A DNA stretch of 64,000 nt from Candidatus Poribacteria bacterium (GCA_965197475.1 CBDANF010000003.1:2432001-2496000); one strand, 5' to 3'; positions 9,826 through 19,536 are shown, counted from the stretch's first letter. The notes: generated from the letters alone by a model not told the origin. Made by a program: numbers and translations.

Positions 9826-11043
9826 GTTCCTTGTTACGCTAATAATGATAGATGTTATTGTAAGAGCAGTTGAGGACAGAGTGCCGATTAATCCCCAATT
9901 TATCTGAAACCGCTTGTGGACCTCTAAGATATCTCCAGGATAGAGTAAAATCGTGTCTGTGCCAGGTTTAAAAAGATGTTCTATAGTTGTGCCATCCTTG
10001 CGATGGATATGAAACTTCTCTCGGTTCGCTGCTTCCTCTAAACCGCCTGCCAAGGCGATAGTTTTCTGCAACGTCAGGGGACCACGAACGCGGTGTGCTC
10101 CCGGTATGCGAACATATCCAGTAACATAGATAGGCTCCACCTTGAAAGCGTTGGGAATAAACAGCACATCACCATCGGATAGAGAAATTTCTGTCCCGTT
10201 TTTATCAGTTGGTTTCCAAAATTGTTCGGTGACACTTAATTCAGTAAGGGTGCCATCTTTGTCAATCTTTACAAGAGCAGTCATATCAGCTTCTTCAGTG
10301 AATCCGCCTGCTCTTGCTAATGCGTTGGCAATGCTAATTTTTTTGCGGATAAATAGTTTTCCTGGTCCCTTTACTTCTCCTTGAACTTCAATCACACTGA
10401 GCGGCATTACAAACACTAAATCGTTAGCATTTACGCGGATATCCGGATAAGGTTGGTTTTTTAATAAATCGTAAGTTTCAACCTGCGTGGTTGGTTTTTT
10501 TGATGTGGAAGCACTTGATTTAGTCTGTTTTGATGAATCATCTGACTGCGTAGTAGCATTATATCGGATCAATTGGACCTGTTGGACATCAGCGTTTTCA
10601 GTCATTCCACCAGCAAGAGCAATTGCGCGATCTAAATCAATATCAGTTTCTGGAGATATAACGTAGCGACCAGGAGTGGTTACCGCGCCACCGACAAAAA
10701 CACCATTCTCTTTTGATGCTACAGACACCATGATCACAGGATTATTGACAAGTTTCTCGTTCAACAAAAATTCACGAATAACCTTGTTGATCTCTTCAGA
10801 TGTCTTACCTACTACCTCAAGATCACCACCAAAGTAGCTAATTCTACCATCATCGCGCACCTGCACAGAATGTGTGTACTCCGGTTGTCCTATCACAGCT
10901 ATGAGTAGCCTATCTCCCTTTTTGATGTGGTAGACTTCAGCAAAGAGCGTTGTGCTTAATATCAATAATAAGAAAATTGTAGCAGCTTGCAAGCAACGCG
11001 AAGTGATATAGGAAACTTGTAAGCTTCGCAAAAAACTATTCAT
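9823..11043 (-). CDS. Polysaccharide export protein (Wza/Poly_export plus SLBB repeats)
   Basis: YHIKKGDRLLI..VRDDGRIS motif, three G.V..PG...AIALAGG SLBB units and a C-terminal hydrophobic helix. Confidence 0.85.
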   Translation of the reverse strand: MNSFLRSLQVSYITSRCLQAATIFLLLILSTTLFAEVYHIKKGDRLLIAVIGQPEYTHSVQVRDDGRISYFGGDLEVVGKTSEEINKVIREFLLNEKLVNNPVIMVSVASKENGVFVGGAVTTPGRYVISPETDIDLDRAIALAGGMTENADVQQVQLIRYNATTQSDDSSKQTKSSASTSKKPTTQVETYDLLKNQPYPDIRVNANDLVFVMPLSVIEVQGEVKGPGKLFIRKKISIANALARAGGFTEEADMTALVKIDKDGTLTELSVTEQFWKPTDKNGTEISLSDGDVLFIPNAFKVEPIYVTGYVRIPGAHRVRGPLTLQKTIALAGGLEEAANREKFHIHRKDGTTIEHLFKPGTDTILLYPGDILEVHKRFQINWGLIGTLSSTALTITSIIISVTRN

Positions 11044-11074
11044 ATAGGAAATCCAAAAAATGTTGACATATCTG

Positions 11075-11100
11075 TGTAGGCGCGCTTTGTTAGCGCGCTG
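11075..11100. repeat. GTAG-type REP-like palindrome (relatives at 29382-29407, 34013-34039, about 40688)
   Basis: TGTAGGCGCG(C/T)TTTGT.AGCGCGC hairpin repeated in intergenic regions. Confidence 0.7.
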
Positions 11101-11139
11101 TCAATAGTGTTCACGTGATTATGGGTCTTACTATGATGT

Positions 11140-11340
11140 TTAATCATAGTCAAAGAGCGAAAGCTGCCCCTTTTTCGCAGAAATATGTCTACGATTACCG
11201 ATTGGTCTGATCGGCTGTTTTCGCCAATACGGTTTGACGTAAGTACCGTTACAGCGGCGGTATCCGTTAACAAGAATTTTTCCGCTCGTGTCAATATGCG
11301 TTTTCATCGGCTTAAAAAGGTAGATTTGCTTTGCCTTCAT
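11140..11340 (-). CDS. Small basic protein with V.GY.R.NGTYV.P.WR motif and C-terminal QLSLF
   Basis: 66-aa ORF located between same-strand genes; both motifs recognisable. Confidence 0.6.
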   Translation of the reverse strand: MKAKQIYLFKPMKTHIDTSGKILVNGYRRCNGTYVKPYWRKQPIRPIGNRRHISAKKGQLSLFDYD

Positions 11341-11359
11341 GGCAGCCGACCTGTGAATC

Positions 11360-11707
11360 CTAATCTTCTTTTAGCGAATCGAGATAGGCTTTGAGACAAT
11401 CCCGTGCAAGTTGGACACTATAAGTAGGTACCAGAATATCTCCCCATTCGGATTTTGTAGCGTTTCCTTTTATTCCACCGCAGGCAGGCATCTCATGAGA
11501 TCGCAAATAGACTTCAATTCCATCATCCTCTAACACACTTTTGAGGATAAGTCCGGCGACTTCATTCGGCACAGACTTAACGACGTACCAATCAACCGAT
11601 TCCGGTACTTGGGTCGGTGCTAAGCCAGGAAGAAGGTCTTCCTGACATTTTGGACAGGTTAAGACACCATCTTTATGGTTTGTGTTGCATTCTGGACAAA
11701 ACGGCAT
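11360..11707 (-). CDS. DUF2007-like protein with N-terminal zinc ribbon
   Basis: MPFCPEC...CPKC followed by A.ILKSVLEDDGI...ILVP. Confidence 0.8.
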   Translation of the reverse strand: MPFCPECNTNHKDGVLTCPKCQEDLLPGLAPTQVPESVDWYVVKSVPNEVAGLILKSVLEDDGIEVYLRSHEMPACGGIKGNATKSEWGDILVPTYSVQLARDCLKAYLDSLKED

Positions 11708-11764
11708 AATCTTTTCCTCCTCATAGATTGTGTTAATAATTGTAGTATAACAGATGCGAAAAAA

Positions 11765-12196
11765 TTAATCAAGACAAGGAAATTGCCAAAGTTGTAGCGC
11801 AGTTTTTCCTAACACCCACTCCTTATCTTCCGGTGTAAAGAAATCCATTTCATCACGGACAACAGATAGCGTTTGTGCGTAAGTTGCGCGACTTAAACAG
11901 ACCGGCCAATCTGTGCCCCACATTATTCTGGAACCACCGAAGGCATGATACACTTTCTTAACCTGTTCATGTGTATCAGTCCACGGATACCTTTTCATTG
12001 CGTCTGCAGCATAGCTATTATCCCAAAGATAGTGGATAACCTGAACAAGCACGGTTTTTTCAACGCCGTTCGCTTCCATTAACTCAAGTAACATTTCCGG
12101 CGTTGCATCCTCTTTGGGTGCTCTACGTTCATCACGTCCCCACGGGTACTTTGGATCGTTCTTCCAGACATGAACATGTGGGTCGATAATTCTCAT
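11765..12196 (-). pseudogene. Amidohydrolase_2 family protein with a large in-frame internal deletion
   Basis: N-terminal IIDPHVHVW and C-terminal RIMWGTDWP are both present but the protein is only 143 aa; abrupt junction at MKRYP|WTDTH. Confidence 0.7.
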
Positions 12197-12197
12197 A

Positions 12198-13214
12198 TTA
12201 TTGCTCCTTCGGTTTTCTCAAGAATCCGTAAACGCCTAAAGGCAGACAGTAAAGTAGAATAAGGATGTGTAAACTGAACCCCGTAACAGTGGCAATCTCC
12301 ATTGATGTGCCGAAATAATTCAAGAACCATGCAAACGGAAATTCCGTTGTTCCGAAGTTACCGACGGTCTGTATAGGCAAGAGGTTGAACCCGTTTGTAA
12401 ATGCAAGCGCGAAAAGCACTTCTATCAAAGGAATATCAACACCCATTTCGGCAATAAGATAACACTGAAACCCGAAGCGGATTGTGAGACAGAATAAAGA
12501 ATATCCCCAGACTTTCAGAAAGCGTAGATTGAACCGAAACGAGGTGATTTCATCAACGATTGTTACGCATTTGTTGACAAACCATGTAATTGGCGGTTTC
12601 TCCAGACGCAATAGTGGTTTGGCACAATTCTGGGCAAGGGATGCACAAAAATTTGGTGCGACGCACGCCAAAACTATTACCAATATTAGTCCTGATCCGA
12701 TGAGCAATGGCGTTAGGTAAAGCACTGTCCAAGAAAACTTACCACCCAGTTTCGGGAGCAGTAGCGTAGCCGTGGCAACCATCAAAGCGATTAACAACAC
12801 TAAGTCAATGACACTTGCCACCATTAGTGAGGCAATGCCCTGCGTTGCATCAACTTTTTGCCGCCGTTGCATTAGATATACATAAGAAATATCACCTGTC
12901 CGCATCGGTAGAAAATTGCCCCAAAAAGTGTGCAAGGCAAGGATAGGAAATATTTGATACACACTGGAATCTAAACCGAGTAATGTTCGGAACCGCAGTG
13001 TTTTTGCCAACACCAATAGACAATAACAACCGAACCCTATTAAAACCGCTTTAATTGAGAGCCTGCTAAGCGTTTCAGGTATCGCTTTAAGATCAATCTC
13101 TTTTAAAAGGAAAAATGAGATAACAACTGCTAAGCCGGTTGGTAAAGCAATTCTGAGAATCCGCTGGAGTCGCTTTTTGTTCAAAATATCCCTACCGTTG
13201 CGACTGAACATCAA
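12198..13214 (-). CDS. Lysylphosphatidylglycerol-synthase TM / flippase-like membrane protein
   Basis: Multi-TM; NFLPMRTGD and PIQTVGNFGTTE motifs. Confidence 0.85.
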   Translation of the reverse strand: MMFSRNGRDILNKKRLQRILRIALPTGLAVVISFFLLKEIDLKAIPETLSRLSIKAVLIGFGCYCLLVLAKTLRFRTLLGLDSSVYQIFPILALHTFWGNFLPMRTGDISYVYLMQRRQKVDATQGIASLMVASVIDLVLLIALMVATATLLLPKLGGKFSWTVLYLTPLLIGSGLILVIVLACVAPNFCASLAQNCAKPLLRLEKPPITWFVNKCVTIVDEITSFRFNLRFLKVWGYSLFCLTIRFGFQCYLIAEMGVDIPLIEVLFALAFTNGFNLLPIQTVGNFGTTEFPFAWFLNYFGTSMEIATVTGFSLHILILLYCLPLGVYGFLRKPKEQ

Positions 13215-14061
13215 AATGATCTGAATAAACTTTCACGAGATCCCCTTTTCGAAAACCGGGTACAGCAGTGCCGCATTCCCTCGCTAAGCCTTCATAATCA
13301 ATATGCATCAACTTTTCTAATACACCAGTATTGTTCGCCTTCAAAAGAATCCACTGCTTATTTCGTTCACACTGTCTCTCATTAGCCTCTCTGCGGGAAT
13401 AATCTTGCCATCCTTGACAAGGGACAGCAAAATCAAAACTGTTTTGAAAGACTTTAAGTGCTGCTTGTGTATTGTTATACTGCCATATTTGAAAATCCTG
13501 ATGCCGTATAGGTAATGGTTTATGTTCACGCATATCTTGATGTTTGCTCGGTAAACGTGTCCATATCTGAAACTCAGTATTCACCGAAAATGATTTGCCA
13601 GAATCGAGATGGAAAGCATCTCTCGGCAACGCCAATTTGCTAATAAATCGCATGCTTTTTTCAAGCTGCTTATGGACGATATATTTTCTAAAGTTCACCG
13701 GGACAATAAAAGCGACAATATTCGCCAAAATAGCAGCATGGTTAAAGAAGGCTATCGCCATCTTCCCGCGTTTGCCAAATGGGGGATTGCCGACAATGAC
13801 GGTGCCTGTCGGCGGATATGGAAGGCTGGTAACCTCAAAAAAGTCTTGTGCGATTACATTTCTGCATTTAGGAAAAACGTCTATGCCCAATCTGCGGTGC
13901 TGGGGCAAGCATTTGAAAAACGCACCTGTGCCAGCAGAAGGTTCTACAAAGAACATATCGCTGGCAGTGCGGTTGACAGATGGAAGCGTTTCCAATAAGT
14001 ATTTCCAACACGATGCCGCGACTTCTTGCTTGGTATAAAATGGATTTAATGATCTTTCCAC
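13192..14061 (-). CDS. Orphan SAM-dependent DNA methyltransferase (amino-MTase)
   Basis: FYT, motif I VEPSAGTGAF and motif IV VGNPPFG. Confidence 0.85.
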   Translation of the reverse strand: MERSLNPFYTKQEVAASCWKYLLETLPSVNRTASDMFFVEPSAGTGAFFKCLPQHRRLGIDVFPKCRNVIAQDFFEVTSLPYPPTGTVIVGNPPFGKRGKMAIAFFNHAAILANIVAFIVPVNFRKYIVHKQLEKSMRFISKLALPRDAFHLDSGKSFSVNTEFQIWTRLPSKHQDMREHKPLPIRHQDFQIWQYNNTQAALKVFQNSFDFAVPCQGWQDYSRREANERQCERNKQWILLKANNTGVLEKLMHIDYEGLARECGTAVPGFRKGDLVKVYSDHFDVQSQR

Positions 14062-14340
14062 GATTCAGTTTCCTTGATGAATTGATTTTATCATACTCGC
14101 AAAAGAATAAATTGTCAAGGAAAAAGGTGGGTTTAGTAGAGATATTCAGTTTTCAAGTTTTTCTAATCCAGAAGCGTGAGATTAAACTTCAAACAGGTTA
14201 AAAGAGGCGCAATGAATTGCGATTAAAAGCGTTTTCCATTAAATGGTACAAGGCAGGGCACAGGGACCCCGCCTTACAATGTTAAGAAGTCTATACCAAG
14301 TACGCGTGAGGCATCACCGGCAATGTCTATGTATTTCTAT

Positions 14341-14460
14341 CAGGACTTACGCAAATTGGGAGAAAAAGGAAGTATTGGACTTAAAAAGTCGTTATTTCGG
14401 TGTTTTTAACCCCTAAGTCCCCTTATCAAGGAGACTTTTGAACCTATTGCGTAAGTCCTA
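14341..14460. mobile_element. MITE type A, left copy
   Basis: CAGGACTTACGCA...TGCGTAAGTCCTA; its reverse complement aligns with 18493-18634. Confidence 0.85.
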
Positions 14461-14698
14461 TTTAATTTGACTTTTTAGTCAAAACATGGTATTATGCAAT
14501 ATTAAACGGTAGGTGGATTTATGAAAACAGAAACACACTAAATGTGTGAAACATAATATTACATAAAAAGAACCTGCTAGCACAAGTCGTTACTATAGCA
14601 TTTTTTAGCATTTTTTGCGGAATTGTCCTGCTGATTTACGCATTTTTGGCGTTGAGTTATGCTAAATATGCTGATTCGGATCCTGATTCATTTTTTTA

Positions 14699-14727
14699 TT
14701 GCACAAATTTTGTATAATTGCTACAAT
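14699..14727 (+). promoter_or_regulatory. Sigma70-like promoter
   Basis: TTGCAC-17 nt-TACAAT. Confidence 0.5.
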
Positions 14728-15274
14728 ATATGTGACGTTAAAAATTCACGAAGGGCGCGTGGGTTACGTCAGGGCAGCTTCCTAATCTATTTAGGTGCGC
14801 CGCCGGTGCAGACACACCAAGCGACGCTTAGCACTGCCATAGAACCAGTATGACAGTGCTGGTTTCTATTATAGCAGAAAGCCACGCTTTTTGTTAGTTT
14901 AAAGTGGAAACCAGCTCCCTATAGGGACGAGTTGCCTGAAAATTCTTCTCTTTCGTTGACAGATGTGTTTGTCAACCCTTCCTGTAGACTGTCAAGTATA
15001 CACAACCCTGGTGTTATTTTAATTAACAGTCTAAATTTGAAATACACCCATAAATTATTATATATCACAACGAGTAGTAACTTATGCGTTTACATAAGTT
15101 AACAGAAACTTGTTGTTGCTACAGACAAAGCAATAACGATTCCACAGCATTTTGCTGTGGTTGCAACTTAACTACGGTATATTTTTGAATTACTCGGACA
15201 CTCGCCTACCAGGGACGAAAGTGTTTATTTATTCTTATAATTCACCGTAAAAACAGGAGGAAGCAAATTCTGCT

Positions 15275-16579
15275 ATGAAGTTACACAAATTTGGATTAAT
15301 GTGCATCGCGTTACTCGTTCTAATTCACAATGGAGTGGCGCAAGATTTTGAGATACAATATTTTGGGATACACGATCTTAATATATCAGGAATATTAGCA
15401 CCAAGCAGGGAAATTATTGAGACAGTATATGACAACAGAAGCATTGCTATGGGTAAGACAGCTATTACGACTGCAAATAGTAGTGCTGCAATCTTTTCAA
15501 ATCCATCTATTCTCGGTACGTTTTCCGATGGCCACGTCCATGTAGGTGGAAAACTCTTGTACGGAACAACCACGGATGAAGTTCTGAGTGAAAATGAGCG
15601 CGTTGAGTCCTATGAAGCTAGTTACTCACCGTTTCCAAATCGGTCATACCTGGGGTTTGCATTCCCTTATAAGTATGATAACCAATTCAAACTTGTGTTT
15701 GGTCTTGGGTATCAGCGGAATGAGGAACATAGGGGTGAAGTGGAAGCAATCGTGTTGGATGATCAGTGGTCGGACCAAAGGGGTACCATCGTGAAAACGC
15801 GTAAAACAATAACTGGAATCGCACAGACCCGTGGTGCATTGAGCACACTCACTCCAGGAGTCGCGCTTAATATCCATGATAGATATTTCTTTGGTGTAAC
15901 GCTCAATCGGACCGTTGGTGCAATTTTAGAAACGTTGGAATTGAAAAGTTCTAATCAACAAGAAAAAAGAGAGGCAGAGATAGAACAATCGGCTTTGTTC
16001 TTAAGAATTGGTGCTCTGGCTGAGGTAACTCCTGAACTCTCTATTGGGTTGACATACCGCCCAGAATTTGAATGGGAATTTGGAGAGGCTATCACGAAAA
16101 ACTATGTGAACGGTGAACTCGTTGATACGGATAGGGATCAAGACATTCGTGAGTTAACTATACCCGGTATGTGGGGAATCGGTGCGAAATATAAGGTTTC
16201 TCCAAAATTGGTATTAGCTGCGGAATTACAATCACGTCCGTATTCGGAACTTCAATGGAGCAGGGGTATTGAATATCAACAAATTATAGACGACGGGTAC
16301 AATGTTTCCGTTGGGGCAGAATTCCTTGAGCTCGGTTTTCCTATTCGGATTGGTGCATTTCGCGATGTGATTCCGTTCGTAGATGAGAACGACACTAACC
16401 CAATGGGCTTTGCCGGACTCACTGCGGGAATCGGTTCGCGCAGCGGAGAAAACTTCTCTTGGGATGCTTCGGTACTTTGGGGTAGATGGGAGCAAACGGT
16501 CAACGATAATGGCCAAAAATATTCTGAGAATCTCTTCCGTGTCGGTGTTTCTGGCACTTATCACTTCAAAGCGTTTTGA
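15275..16579 (+). CDS. Outer-membrane beta-barrel, FadL/PorV-like
   Basis: AGGAGG SD, signal peptide, RSIAMGK...A....SAAIFSNPS motif, alternating beta-strands and terminal YHFKAF. Confidence 0.75.
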   Translation: MKLHKFGLMCIALLVLIHNGVAQDFEIQYFGIHDLNISGILAPSREIIETVYDNRSIAMGKTAITTANSSAAIFSNPSILGTFSDGHVHVGGKLLYGTTTDEVLSENERVESYEASYSPFPNRSYLGFAFPYKYDNQFKLVFGLGYQRNEEHRGEVEAIVLDDQWSDQRGTIVKTRKTITGIAQTRGALSTLTPGVALNIHDRYFFGVTLNRTVGAILETLELKSSNQQEKREAEIEQSALFLRIGALAEVTPELSIGLTYRPEFEWEFGEAITKNYVNGELVDTDRDQDIRELTIPGMWGIGAKYKVSPKLVLAAELQSRPYSELQWSRGIEYQQIIDDGYNVSVGAEFLELGFPIRIGAFRDVIPFVDENDTNPMGFAGLTAGIGSRSGENFSWDASVLWGRWEQTVNDNGQKYSENLFRVGVSGTYHFKAF

Positions 16580-16656
16580 GGTGTAAGTATTAAAAGTTAA
16601 TGCGAGAGATGTTATCACACTGATAAACATTTTAAAATTTTTATGGAGGATTTAGA

Positions 16657-17712
16657 ATGAAAATTGGGTTGCCTTGGAAAATATCGACAATTATGTTAAT
16701 TCTCTGCTGTTTTTACGGATGCGGCGGTGATGATGGAGAGGATGGTAGTATCTCCGATTCAGGAGTGCAGACTGAGGACATCATTTCGACTATCACAATT
16801 GAGATAGTCAATAGCAAAGAATTAGAAGTAGGGAAAGAGGTGCAATGGCGGCTAAAAGCTGAACCTGCACCTACAACTGATTTAGCGATTTTGCTGGATG
16901 CTGGCGATTGGGTAATCATCCCTAAATCTGAGAATTACTCGAAAACGTTCATTTTTACGTTTTTGAGAAATAGTAACATCAGAGTTGAGCCGCTACCTGT
17001 GATATTTATCGTCGGTGAAGGTTCGGTGTTGGACCTTGACGAACTTCAAAAGTTTTTACCTACTGAGTCAATCGGCGGCACTACAATCCCGGAACACTAT
17101 GATTTCACTACATATAAAGTAGGAGAACCGTCACACATTTCTGTGGAAGTAAAGCGTGCAGCGTTTCTAAGTGCTACCCCCGCAGATGGACATCTCCCAG
17201 CTAACGGTAGTATCACCGTCAGCTTTACTGAGAACCCTGGTGGAGTAACAGCCAGTGTTGGGGATGTTACAGGCTCTGGTAAGACGCGGAAAATCACGGC
17301 ACCCGCTGATGGTTTCCCAATTGGTGCCCTTGCCCTTAATCTTACTTGGGAAAATGGGGGTGCTGATGGACATACGCTAAACTATACTGTCGTTGCCGCA
17401 GATCAAACACCGCCGGAAGTAATCGATAGTGATCCTAAAAACGGTGCTAAAAACTTAAACCCAGACAATGTGTTTGATGACGGTATTACGGTTACCTTCA
17501 GTGAACCTGTCACCGGAGATCTCATGCTAATGGATGGTGATGATGATGTCGGTTGGACATCCGTGGCTGATGGAAATACAATCATCCTCATAGGGAATGC
17601 TGGTCAAGAACTCAGCAACGAAACCGAATACAGAGTTGCTGGTGAAGTTATGGATGATGCTGGTAACGAAACTGAAGTCAGCATCACTTTTGTCACCGAA
17701 GCCAAGGAATGA
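16657..17712 (+). CDS. Lipoprotein with Ig-like (Big_5/SbsA) domain
   Basis: Lipobox-like YGC followed by acidic GGDDG; DQTPPEVIDSDPKNGA...ITVTFSEPV...DDAGN. Confidence 0.75.
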   Translation: MKIGLPWKISTIMLILCCFYGCGGDDGEDGSISDSGVQTEDIISTITIEIVNSKELEVGKEVQWRLKAEPAPTTDLAILLDAGDWVIIPKSENYSKTFIFTFLRNSNIRVEPLPVIFIVGEGSVLDLDELQKFLPTESIGGTTIPEHYDFTTYKVGEPSHISVEVKRAAFLSATPADGHLPANGSITVSFTENPGGVTASVGDVTGSGKTRKITAPADGFPIGALALNLTWENGGADGHTLNYTVVAADQTPPEVIDSDPKNGAKNLNPDNVFDDGITVTFSEPVTGDLMLMDGDDDVGWTSVADGNTIILIGNAGQELSNETEYRVAGEVMDDAGNETEVSITFVTEAKE

Positions 17713-17755
17713 TCAAATTCACAATATCTCACTTTATTTTTAGGAGGAAACTAAC

Positions 17756-18361
17756 ATGATACAACGATTCAGCAATTCAATTATCTGCATTGTCATCTTC
17801 GTAACGTTAATCAGTCTCATAATGAGTTGCGGAAGTGATGACGATCAGGTAATTATAACTGAAAACCATCTTCCGATTGCAGTCGGAAACTTTTGGACCT
17901 TCATAGATATAGATCCTGGATACTTCAATGATGATTCAGGATCTATCTTCATCACAGGGACAACAAAGTTGTCCAATGGCAAAACTGCATTCATTGCCGA
18001 GGTAACAGATGAATATGGAAATGATAGAGGTTATCTGTCCCGGGCAGCTAACGATCTTTTGCTGTTCCATAAAGCGTTAAACGATCTTCAAGGAGAGTTG
18101 ATTTATAGCCCACCGATTAAGGTTGGCACAACGTGGCAAGGACGTGAAGGTGAGGCAGAAGTTATAGTTCAAGAAACTGTCAACACACCCGCAGGAATTT
18201 TTCAAAACTGCTTTCGTATCAATGTACGCGTTGTTGATGATAATGACTATTACTCAATCTGGCTTGCCAAAGATGTTGGTCCCGTCAAATTAGCGGTGAT
18301 TGATACTCGAGATGGAGAAATTGAGTCAACCATTGTTCTTGAGAAATTCAACGCAAAATAA
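17756..18361 (+). CDS. Lipoprotein, hypothetical (P..VGN.W / ETVNTPAG.F / WLAKDVG family)
   Basis: AGGAGG SD, lipobox IMSC and the named motifs. Confidence 0.75.
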   Translation: MIQRFSNSIICIVIFVTLISLIMSCGSDDDQVIITENHLPIAVGNFWTFIDIDPGYFNDDSGSIFITGTTKLSNGKTAFIAEVTDEYGNDRGYLSRAANDLLLFHKALNDLQGELIYSPPIKVGTTWQGREGEAEVIVQETVNTPAGIFQNCFRINVRVVDDNDYYSIWLAKDVGPVKLAVIDTRDGEIESTIVLEKFNAK

Positions 18362-18365
18362 TCTT

Positions 18366-18405
18366 TTGTAAAGCTCAGAGTCTCTTGAGGTTCTGAGCTT
18401 TACAA
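18366..18405. terminator. Stem-loop terminator after the three-gene cassette
   Basis: 14-bp inverted repeat TTGTAAAGCTCAGA / TCTGAGCTTTACAA. Confidence 0.65.
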
Positions 18406-18492
18406 CGTTGTTTTGTTAACTCTTGCAAGGTGATGATTTCTCTCAACTTAATCTAAGGGAGATATACAATGCACAAAGTAATCCAATACAGC

Positions 18493-18634
18493 CAGGACTT
18501 ACGCAATAGGTTCAAAAATCCCCTTGATAAAGGGAAGGGTCCCCATAGCGTATGGGGTGAGGGGGTTAAAATACCGAAATAACGACTTTTTAAATCCAAT
18601 ATTTCCTTTTTCTACTCAATTTGTGTAAGTCCTG
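18493..18634. mobile_element. MITE type A, right copy (inverted, with an extra internal hairpin)
   Basis: CAGGACTTACGCA...TGTGTAAGTCCTG; inserted CCCCATAGCGTATGGGG palindrome. Confidence 0.85.
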
Positions 18635-18635
18635 T

Positions 18636-19373
18636 CTATGAAAGCCCATCCCAATATTTCCACATATCTTCAGGGGTTTCAAACTTAATCTCATGTAAAT
18701 CTCTCCTACTGTACCTACCGATGAGCGCGATTCTGACGTTGCGTCCGCAATTCGGACCGGCGGTATGACTCATCTGATGATGCCAGAAACAGACATCACC
18801 TGCCTCACCCGTGAATTCATAACTCGGTCCCAAATCAAACGGAGCAACGCCACCGGGAAGGCTATCAAGGTCGTGGTATCTGAAGTATTCTGCCCAGATA
18901 CGATGGCTTCCAGGCCAGATTGTAAACCCGCCACCTTGTTTCTCAACTGTGTCAAGATATACGGTCGCGCCAAGCGTGAATGCACCGACAGTGCCTTTAG
19001 GAACACCGTTATGAGGGGTGTGGTAGCCGTCTAAGTGTCCAAGCGGTTCGCGCCATTCTCTGTCGGGGTCAGGAAAATTGAGATGCGGCCCCGCACCGCC
19101 GCCCGTATTCAGTTTTCCTTCACCGACCATCTCCTCTGCCATTGCGAAGACATTGTTACCATAGATTGTTCCCTTGATAACACCCTCACCGCCGATAGGA
19201 GCGGTGCGATATCCCTTGCGAGTCCAAGATTCAGGATCGTTCCTATCTTCGTCAATTGACTCCCAAACTCTATCCAATGCGGCATCAATTTCTTGCTGAC
19301 TAAGCGCGCCGCGCACAACCAGATAGCCGTTCTCTTTGAAAAATTCTTTGTCTGTGTCTGTTAACAAAGACAT
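18636..19373 (-). CDS. Phytanoyl-CoA dioxygenase (PhyH) family protein
   Basis: FFKENGYLVV, HLD, GGFTIWPGSH and GDVCFWH...H motifs; start chosen at MSLLTD. Confidence 0.9.
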   Translation of the reverse strand: MSLLTDTDKEFFKENGYLVVRGALSQQEIDAALDRVWESIDEDRNDPESWTRKGYRTAPIGGEGVIKGTIYGNNVFAMAEEMVGEGKLNTGGGAGPHLNFPDPDREWREPLGHLDGYHTPHNGVPKGTVGAFTLGATVYLDTVEKQGGGFTIWPGSHRIWAEYFRYHDLDSLPGGVAPFDLGPSYEFTGEAGDVCFWHHQMSHTAGPNCGRNVRIALIGRYSRRDLHEIKFETPEDMWKYWDGLS

Positions 19374-19536
19374 AATTTTTGTTCCTTTTATTATATGGGG
19401 AAATTCCATTATATCTTGAAATAATTTTAGTTCTATATAACGAAATATTTACTGCAGTCTGATGTTTCACATCTTTTGGTCTTATCTTAGTGTAAATCAA
19501 TACGTCGATTAGACTGGTATATGAGGTATAGGTCTT

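Larger units (their letters stand above)
14341..18634. mobile_element. Putative MITE-flanked composite transposon
   Basis: Inverted MITE copies at both ends; TCTAT directly repeated outside them (14336-14340 and 18635-18639). Confidence 0.7.

Noticed and set aside
9387-9873. ORFs 9387..9842, 9649..9873 and 9332..9541
   Set aside because: They lie entirely within MITE/REP repeats; translations mirror the repeats.
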